Of a stretch of DNA of 64,000 nucleotides, positions 55,118 to 64,000 are shown piece by piece (the stretch's first letter is position 1; every line of letters begins with the position of its first letter). The stretch comes from Felis catus (Eukaryota): NCBI RefSeq assembly GCF_018350175.1, contig NC_058383.1, positions 17,360,001-17,424,000 of the forward strand, written 5' to 3'. The notes under the pieces are model-generated. The model was not told where the DNA came from, ran no database searches, and worked only from the letters and a program-made list of their open reading frames with translations. The position numbers and the translations under genes are program-made.

Positions 55118-55859
55118 GCCCAGCTTCGGAAACTAGGCTTGGGATTCGGAACTCTTAGAAATTTAGAGTTGGGGTCTGGAGTTTAGGTGCCTCATAGAAA
55201 CCAGGTGTCAGGCTCTTCTGTCTCTTCTACTGCTTTAGCCACATAACCACATAGAAACCAAGTGTGCTGATCTAGAGTCACTGGCTCTCTAAGCTGAACT
55301 CCTATGTCAAAGCCTATGCTTTTTTTCTGGGCACAGGGCTGCTCCTTCTGCCTGGCAACCTTTCCCCTGCTTCTTCCTGTAACTGGCTCCTCCTCATTTA
55401 ATGTTCCACTCAAATGTCGCACCTTCTGAGACAAGCCTTTCCCTGTTCACTGTATGTGAAGCAACAGCTCAGATACACGGTGCTTACTCACAGTGCTTCT
55501 TCTTAGCCTCAGGAATGCCCACCGATGCCCCACAGTCTCACCTGTATCCCAGCGTGGCCTGGCCCAGCTTCACTGCTTTGGCATTAGGTACTCACAGTAG
55601 TCTTTCCCCAGGAACAATACTGAGCCAGATGTGGGTGTTACCCCCTCCCTGCCCCACCTGTTCCTATGGGATAGTAGGAGGGCAGTACCAGCTTGCTGTG
55701 GTCATAGCACCTGGAACAGTCTGATCTGAGTCTGCCTGGGCTGGGTCTAGCCCCAAGGATGGCCAGGAAAAGGGGAGGCTGGATACCTGGAGGTCCTGGG
55801 ACAGCCCTTCCAGGAACACACATGCACAGGGGAGTCTCCAAGCTCTTTTTTTTTTTTTT

Positions 55860-55865
55860 TTTAAT
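55860..55865 (-). terminator. Probable STX4 polyadenylation signal ATTAAA running into a genomic A17 tract
   Basis: Plus strand T17 (55846-55862) followed by aat. Confidence 0.65.
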
Positions 55866-56098
55866 TTCTTACAAAACCATGTGTTCCAGCCAAAGAGGAC
55901 ACTGCAGGCCCTCTCCCAGGCATTGCAGTTTGAGTGGGGAAGCCCCCATGAATGAGTGGCTGTCAACCCCAGAAGAACTGTCTGCCCCTCTGCACAGGGC
56001 CAATGTGAGGAAGGGGGTCCAGCTGGAGGCTCTGTCCTGCCCTCCCCCCTCAGCTGCTGGGAGAGAAGGCAGACCTGGGTCCCTGGTGCTCTTAGTGC

Positions 56099-56193
56099 CT
56101 GCAAGGGAAGGAGGGAGAACAGGGTCTGAGGGGAGGAGGAAAGGCTGGGGCCCAGGATGAGGCAGGCCAGGGGGCAGGCCCACAATAGCTCAC
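56099..56193 (-). other. STX4: STX4 3'-UTR intron (95 nt)
   Basis: Donor TTG|gtgagc 18 nt after the stop; acceptor ttcccttgcag|GCACT with the exon starting at 56098. Confidence 0.8.
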
Positions 56194-56211
56194 CAAGAAC
56201 GTGCGATGTTC

Positions 56212-57499
56212 TCAAACCAATATGGAGACACCAATGATCACTGCCACAATGAGGACAGTGACAGACAGACAGATGGCGATCAAAACTTTTTTCTGTGGGA
56301 GAGGAGGAGTTCAGAGAAACTCAGGAAGGAAGGAAGGGAAGGCCACCCAGGGCCTGGGATGGGACAAGGGGGACAGGGAAGCTCACCTTCCGTGCCTTCT
56401 TCTGGTTCTCCAGGGCCATCTTGACATGTTCCTGCCCCCGTTCCACATAGTCTGCTGAGCTCAGGATGTTTTTCTCAATCCGGTTGATCATCTCCCCCTG
56501 CTCAGAAGAGAAGATGGTTCAGGCAGGTGGGGATAACTGGGGGTAGAGGGCCCAGTGGCTCCTATTTGCTCACCCTAGTTCAGGTGCCTGAAGGACATTT
56601 TCTGGCAGAAAACACTGCACTGACAAAGATGCGGGGGCAGGACCACATCTGACAAAAGTTCACACTCTTGAGGGTGGCTTCCAGGACCCCCTTTATCATG
56701 TGGTCCCTCCTGCTCTGCTCCCTTACCCCGTAAAACCTTCATTTGCAGTGGTGGCTTGGAGCCAAGTGCCTTAAGAGGATCACACCTTTTCACAGAGGGT
56801 GAACTTTTGTCCCCTTGTAAATCTGTCTGAATTTGCCCATTCTTCTAAGGCCTGCCTCTCAACAGCTGTGAAGCCCTCCCCATCCCTGCCTCCTCATCCC
56901 GGCCAGCCTTCAGGTCCTGGTGCTCCTACTGAGTGAAATCCCTTCCCCATGACTCCCAGCTACACAAGGGCATTGGCTGCAGCACTAGTGAGTCAGCTCC
57001 TCCACGACAGCGCTGGAAGCTTACCTCACCCCATACAACCAGGGCCAGGAGAAGAACACTACCTCCCACCCCGACCTCATACAGATTTGAGGACAAAGGC
57101 CCACTGTGAGACAACTTTGACTAGAGCTGTTAGAGGTATAAGGGTGGATTGTATTGGTGAAGGAGGAGCCAGGGTTGGGGCTATACCTGGGGTGGGCTAA
57201 ACTGGTGGATAGGGTGAGATGCTGCATATAGAGGAGTGGCCACCTGGGTAACTGTGGAGGTAGAAGGAATTCTGGGGCATGGCTAAGGATGGAAATAAGG
57301 GCCAGCCTGGGGGCATGGCCCAGCCTGGAGGAAGATAAAAACCTCAGGGAGAAAGGCTTAAGGGTGGAGATGGGCTGACAGTCACAGCTGGGGTTCTTTT
57401 CTTTATTATTTTTTTTAATGTTTATCCATTTATTTTTCAGACAGAGAGAGAAAGAACACAAGTGGGGGAGGGGCGCGCACACACACATACACACACACA

Positions 57500-57532
<33 letters not shown>

Positions 57533-60500
57533 CATCTGAAGCACAGGCTCTGAGCTGTCAGCACAGAGCCTGATGCAGGACCTGAACTCCCGAACTATGA
57601 GATCATAACCCAAGGTGAAGTCAGATGCTTAACTGACTGAGCCACCCACAGCTGGGGTTCTGACTGAACATGGTCTCACATCCCGGGGCTAGGTCAAGCC
57701 CAGCCAGCTATCCTGGGTGCCCACCTGCACCTCCACTTCAGTAGCCAGAAAAGTGAAGATCTCATGAAGTTCACGGATACTGCGTTCAAGCTGCTGGATC
57801 TCACTGTGCCGGGCTGAGATCTCATTTAGGGCCTGTCGAGTCACTTGTGTGTCCTTCAGTATCTGGGGAGTGGACAGGAATGGACAGATGGGTCACAGGG
57901 AAATCAGCAGCAAGTGAGAAGTTCCTGTTGAGCTTTCAGGCAGCCCTTGGGATTAGAAGTGGGGCTAGGGCCCTGATGAGTGACTCTAGGCATGCTAATT
58001 CACTCCCCTCTGGGCCTCAGTATTCCCTCAATCAAAAAGGGCCAGGCCTCAGAGAAGATGGGAATCCCAGAAGAGGGAGCGGGCTGTGGCCACTCACATT
58101 GGATACAAACACCTCACTCTGCCCACTGTCCAGCATCTGCTCCAGCTCTTCGTCAGACACCATTCCAGCATTTGCTGCGAAGGAAAAGGCCAGGCTCAGA
58201 GCTGGGTCAGGTTACCTGACCCTGTGGGCCGGACACCACAACTCACTGATCTTCAGCTGCCTCCGAATCCGCTCCACATTCTTCTCCCGATATTCCGACT
58301 GCATCAAGTTGCACTTGTTGATGAGCTCCACGAATTGCTGGGACAGGACCCCATGCTAAGGATGGAGAATATAGGCTGGGCACCCCAGGAGGATTTGGCC
58401 TCAGCATCCCCACGGGGAGAGCGAGCAAACAGCATAAGTACAAGTGCCTGCCCCTTTAACCACCCTTCTCTCAAATTAAAAGCCAAAACCCTTACCAGGG
58501 CTTATAAGGCCCTATATGACCTTCCCTTCCCCCATTTCCCCTCTGACCTTATCTTCCCAGCTGTTCCCTCACTCACTCCCTCCAACCACAGTGGGCTCTT
58601 TACCCTCTCCCACCAAAGCCACTTCTACCTCAGGCCTTTGCACTCACTGCTCCTTGGTCCTAGAATGTTTGTGCCCCACAGGAGCCTTTAAATCTTTGTT
58701 CCAGTATCACCTTCTGAACAAAGTTTTCTTACCTTATTAAAACCAACCTGCTTTCTGCCGGCACTCTCAATCCCTTTTCTCCTCAATTTTTCCCTTAACT
58801 ATATTCTAAAATAGTGTACTGCTTTATTATGATGTTTGTCTCTCCCCACCAGAATGTGAGCTCCAGGAGGATAGGAATCTTTGGCTCACTGCTACATCTC
58901 AAACAGCTAGAAAAGAGTCTAGCACACAGTAGACACTCAATACATACCTGTGAATGCTTGCTGAACACCAGCCTGACTGCTTAGACTAAAGGTGTGCTGG
59001 TATACCTGGAAGTCAGCCTATGGCCCAGACTTTACAGGTCCAGCTGGGCCCTCAGCCTCTCACACTAATGACCACCACAGGCTCCTCCTGAAATGTCCTC
59101 TCACCTTGTCCATTCCCCTGCTGTCTTCCATGTGCTCATTCCTTGGAGCTCCTTCCTCAGAAACATATCTGCTCTCCAACCTTCAGCTGCACCCTTGCAA
59201 GATGCCCAAACCACTCTATCTTCAATCTGGGGTCCGTGCTGAGCTCTGGGCCCACCTACTCCAACTCTGACCTCCAGGAACTCCAAACCACTCCTCATTG
59301 GGTACCCAGAGGGAGGCAGCTAGATCACCTCAAATCTTAGGAGTTAATAAGATATTGATTCAGTGACTTTCCCCTTCCAAGGAAGTTCCTCTTCCTGACT
59401 TCTTGAATTCTGTCCATGGGGCAGAGGATGTCCCATGTGACAGGGGTATCCTCTGCCCTGTGGGCAGGAAACCTCCCACTCATTTATGACTATATCCTCT
59501 TCTTCCCTGGGCAGGGATATTAGCTACCAAACCCTACCTGAATAATGTCTTTGCCACCTATTCAAGTTTGACTCCCCATCTTGGTTTCTAGAAAGCATGG
59601 CTTCTGCAGCCAACATGTCCTTGGGCATGATCTGGGGACCCTGAAACTTGAATGGAGAAGCCAGAGCAGGATATTAGATAGATTGGGAGTCAGGAGACCT
59701 TGGGTCTTGACCTTGGGTGAATTTTTTCTTTCTCTCAGTCTCAGTTTCCCCATTTGAAAGTCATCAGGTTGAACTTGATGATCTCTAAGGGTCCTTCCTT
59801 CTTATTTCTGCCACCTAATGATCTAGGAACACTTGCAAAATGTCTGAGCTCTGGGAATAACAAACCTACCTGGGTTTTTTTCATCCTTGTGTTGACTGAG
59901 TTATAATTCTCATCAGCTTCCTCCTTCTGGGGCTCTATGGCTGTGGGAAGACACAGGGTATTGGTGGGGAAGGGGGTTTGGCCTGTAGCTTCGGAAATCA
60001 TGTGGGGACCAGGACACAGGGCCAGGACCATACCCCATCCATACAATAGAAAGGTGCTTATCTCTACAAGATTCTTTTGGGAATTATAACTTATCATAAA
60101 TGACTAATTCTGAGCCTCTGATGGGAGAAAGCATATTTTTCTTCACAATACATCAGAGAATTCCCACAGGTATGCAGAGGCCTCTTGACAAACTCCCATC
60201 TGCCTGTCCAAAGAGTGCACATTGGGCAGCAAGAATTGTAGGAGTAAGTGGTTTCCTTATAAATAAAGGAGCTCAAGAGGCAGGCATGTGCTGTGGAAAG
60301 TACTATGGACTGGAAGCCAAGAAACAAAGATTCTAGGCCTAGGCCTGCTGTGTGACCTGGATACATCACTGGCCTCTCTGGGCCACATACTCCCCAGATA
60401 TACCAGGAGCTGGGCAGGACCACAGGGAAGGATGTCTGAGGTCTTAGGAGCTCACCCTTCAGCTGCGCTCGGATCTCCCTCCCCAACTGTTTGATCTCAT

Positions 60501-61198
60501 CACGCAGGTTCTGCAGGTCCTGCTTCATACCTGAACAAGAGAAAGCCATGACTCCCAAACAGTAGCCCCCATCTCAACAAACCTCCCTAGCCACCACCTG
60601 CATCATACTACAATCCCCACAATCCCTCTGGCTGAACATGCGTTGGCGCTTCGGGTTTCACTCACTCTCCTCGGGAAGGGGCGTGGCCAGGATGGTGACC
60701 TGCTGCTTCTCCAACTCTCGGACTTTATTCTCCAGCTTGACAATAGTCTGTCGAATTGTCCAGACCTGGGGAAGGTGACCAAGAGGGCTGAAGGAGATAC
60801 GGGGGTACTCCAGACTGCGCTGCTCCTTGGGTCATCCAGCCCCCTCGTGAAGACAGGCCGAGACCCCAGCCTCTTACCTTTTGGAAGAACTCATCGTCCG
60901 GGCTCCCCAGCCGTACTGTGCCCGGGTGTACCACCAGCGCGACCCGCTCCTTGTCCTCATCGTCCGAACTGTCATCCCCCTGCCAGGGCCGGGGTTGCTG
61001 GCATCACTTCCCTGCTGTTGCTCTCTCCCCGCAGGACTCACGGACTTCCGGGTCTTTCCTTTCCTAGCCCTCAGCCACCCCTCCCTACCCCTAAGACCAG
61101 GAGTCCTATATTCCAGCCAGACCCCATCCCGTCCGCCCGTCCCCAACTCTGCAGCCCCTACTTCTCACCTGCCTCAGTTCGTGGGTCCTGTCGCGCAT
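56212..61198 (-). CDS. STX4: Syntaxin-4 (Qa-SNARE), 10 coding exons, 297 aa
   Basis: Exons 61169-61198, 60878-60979, 60666-60765, 60456-60530, 59870-59940, 58247-58355, 58098-58174, 57725-57862, 56387-56497, 56212-56292 = 894 nt. N-peptide MRDRTHELRQ, Habc domain, SNARE motif (ARHSEIQQLE...QGEMINRIE), KARKKK then a C-terminal TM helix. Confidence 0.98.
57400..57648 (-). mobile_element. Can-SINE with an internal (CA)n expansion, STX4 intron 8
   Basis: TSD cacagctggggttct on both sides; (CA)n at about 57478-57531. Confidence 0.85.
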
Positions 61199-62000
61199 GG
61201 CGGCCCGAGCTCCCTTCCCCGGCACGGGAGACCCGAGGGCCTCAAGACTAAGTTTAGAACTCCCGTACCCCACTCACACTCTGACACTGACACTCCCCTC
61301 CGCCCTCACCCTGCGGACCCCCAAGCTCCCCACGAGCCACCAGAGGCTCTGTGCCAGGTACCATCCACAGTCAATGCGAAGAAGCCGACCTTGGGTACCC
61401 CCAAGATTCCACAGGTTGGAATTCCCTTTTCTTTCCCCCCCTCCCTCTCCCTTAGCCTCGGCCCCGCCCCTCTGGGATGATCGGGGCATGCGCGTGGGGT
61501 CGCGTCTCTTCCTCGCCAAAGGGAGAGGCGGAGGTCGGAAGCTGTAGCGCCCCGAACGGAAGCAAAGCTGCCTGGATGTGAGAACCCGCCCCCTTTGCCG
61601 GAACCGTCGCATCTTCCAACGGAAATCTAGTTGCCAAACCGGGTGGGAATGCGTCATTGGTACGTAATCTGAGAGGCCCTGCATCTCATATCACGCCATG
61701 GTGCCCCTCCCCCCCCCCGCGTCACATGACCGGCTCGGTCCCACCCTCGAAGACTACAGAACGTGACGCTTTGATTGTCACGTGTCTCGGCGCTGTAGAC
61801 TCCATCGCTGGAATACCCTTCCTCCCTACGAAGTCCTCGGCACCCCGGCGCCCAAACTACGCCCCTCCAGCCCGCACGAGGCGGGGAGGGGTCTGCCGAC
61901 TATCCTCAGAGACCCTTTGAGGCAGTGGGTGGTAGGACCCTTGCTGAATTCTTTCTTTTGCGCCCAGGGGCGTGGGCAGAGAACTTAAAATTCGGAGCTG
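60850..62000. promoter_or_regulatory. STX4 CpG-island promoter
   Basis: CpG-rich; GC boxes; E-boxes GTCACATGAC 61721-61730 and GTCACGTG 61777-61784; CRE-like TGCGTCA near 61650. Confidence 0.8.
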
Positions 62001-62731
62001 TTAGCATCATGGGACCTTGAAATTCAGGAAATAATAAGATCCAGCGTCAGAGAATTGCAGGGTTTTGTAGACAGAGAATCTGGGGGTGGAAAGTGACCTC
62101 ACCCAAGACAGAAATCTCCCGCATGCTCCTGGCTCAGCCTCACAGGTGGGCGGCTGGCGCCCTGCTTGAACACTGCAGTTCCGCTGCACTCACCACCTTC
62201 CGAGCATGAGACCATTTCAGGGCAACTAAAGCTGAGAAAAGTGTCTGTATTATATTGAACAGTCTGCCACTTACATCTCTCTCATCAGGGTCTACCCTCT
62301 GAAGCCCACAAAAAAATCTGCACTCATTCCACATTATAGTGGACTGTGAGCTCTTGAGGTCAGGGCATGACAGTCTTGTTCGTGAATCTCCAGTGCCTAG
62401 TTCAGTATGGGCCCTCAGTAAATATCTGTGGACAGACCTTTAGCCTTTCATGTACCTAAAGATAAAGCTGGTGGTTCTTGTGTTTCAGACTTTAGCCTCT
62501 CATGATGACACTTACCTAACCCTCTAGACGGTATTCATGCAATGCATATTTATTGGGCACTTATGGGCCAGAGACTGTTCTAGGGGCTGGAGATAAATCA
62601 GGGCCTAACAGACAAAAATCCTTTCACTTGTGGACCTTACATTATGTAGGAGTCGTCCCCAGGGCTATTCAGTGAGTCTCAGCATAGCCAGAATAAAAGT
62701 CAGGTCTCCTGGATTCCAGGGAATTTAATCT

Positions 62732-62924
62732 TTTTAACGTTTATTTTTGAGAGAGAGTGTGAGGGGGAGAGGGACAGAGAGAGAGGGAGGCACAGGATCG
62801 GAAGCAGGCTCCAGGCTCTGAGCTGTCAGCACAGAGCCCGACACGGGGCTAGAACTCGTGAACCGTGAGATCATGACCTGAGCTGAAGTCAGACACTCAA
62901 CCGACTGAGCCACCCAGGTGCCCC
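62732..62924 (-). mobile_element. SINEC_Fc
   Basis: Reverse head gactgagccacccaggtgcccc. Confidence 0.88.
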
Positions 62925-63407
62925 TCTTTACAGGCAATTGACATGAAGGTTCAAGCAAAGGAAGAATGACCTCTCTCTAGTATGCCCTGGTAAGGAAGTC
63001 TAGAGTCCTGTGACCGAGTTGCACGGAGTTCTGGAAAGTCACTTCTTGTCTCTGGGCTTCAGTCTCCCATCTGTACAATGGGTGGCATAGAGGGATGGGG
63101 AGATAATCTCTATGGGTATTCCCTGCTCTAAAGTTCATTGATTATGAGGTTGGAAACTGTAAAATACGCTCTGATTCTACTGGAAGGGCTTTGATCCTTC
63201 TCTTCCCTTCAGAACCCAGCTCACCTGGGGCTGGGAATGAAGGAGTGAAGATGGTGCTGCACTAATCAACTGACAGGAGGAATGAAGCATTGGAGAATTT
63301 TTCAGGAGGCCAAGCCTTGTCCCATGGGGTCCCCTGGAGATCATGAGGAAGGATTTCTCCACTCTTAGGTCTTCTGTGTCATCCTCTGCCTCCCTTCCCT
63401 CCCCTTC

Positions 63408-63410
<3 letters not shown>

Positions 63411-63457
<47 letters not shown>
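63411..63457 (+). repeat. (TC)n microsatellite
   Basis: Read directly. Confidence 0.9.
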
Positions 63458-63459
<2 letters not shown>

Positions 63460-63679
63460 GTGCGACAGTGGAAGGGCTTTTGGCACCTGACTCCTGGTCC
63501 TGCATGTGATCTGGGATAACTCATTGCTCCTCTCTGGGACTTAATTTCTCCATTTGACAAATTGGTCTGGTAATTTTTGTCTTGCCTAAGGTAAGAATTG
63601 AACAGTTAGAAAGACTGTTAGGTTAGAAAGACTATGGAGGGGTCTTGTGAACTGTTGAGAGTTGCCCCTTTGTGGGGTT

Positions 63680-64000
63680 TTATTTTTTTAAGTTTATTTA
63701 TGTATTTTGAGAGAGAGAGAGCAGGGGATGAGCAGAGAGAGAAAGAATCCCAAGCAGGTTCCACACTGTCAGCATGGAGCCTGATGTAGGGCTCAAACTC
63801 ATGAACTGTGAGATCATGACCTGAGCTGAAATCAAGAATCAGACGCTTAGGCTGCCTGGGTGGCTCAGTCAGTTAAGCATCCGACTTCGGTGCAGGTCAT
63901 GATCTCACTGTCCGTGAGTTCGAGCCCCGCGTTGGGTTCTGTGCTGACAGCTCAGAGCCTGGAGCCTGTTTCAGATTCTGTGTCTCCCTCTCTCTCTGCC
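63680..64000. mobile_element. Two Can-SINEs: a minus copy (about 63680-63850) interrupted by a plus copy (63851 to window end)
   Basis: SINE body motifs in both orientations. Confidence 0.8.

Overview
Mammalian genomic DNA, almost certainly a felid carnivore (abundant Can-SINE/SINEC_Fc elements), from a draft assembly with three N gaps. It is syntenic with human 16p11.2 and holds six intact protein-coding genes, which I reconstructed exon by exon with canonical GT-AG sites: BCKDK (-, 412 aa), VKORC1 (+, 163 aa), PRSS53 (+, 553 aa), ZNF646 (-, 1822 aa), ZNF668 (+, 620 aa) and STX4 (-, 297 aa). ZNF646 and ZNF668 share a CpG-island bidirectional promoter. The intergenic stretches at 6.8-13.3 kb and 41.4-53.7 kb are mostly SINE, LINE and LTR debris. 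The main unexplained signal is a compact, repeat-free, six-exon structure on the minus strand just downstream of STX4 (53799-55117). It starts with a signal-peptide-like segment and looks like a disabled secreted-protein gene that I cannot name. Other observations: a splice-assembled 19-codon uORF in BCKDK; a 20-nt tandem duplication giving competing splice donors in PRSS53; VKORC1 Ser26 and Leu131; STX4 Trp46; overlapping PRSS53/ZNF646 3' ends; a duplicated YY1 module. All comparisons with human or rodent proteins are from memory and need a database check.
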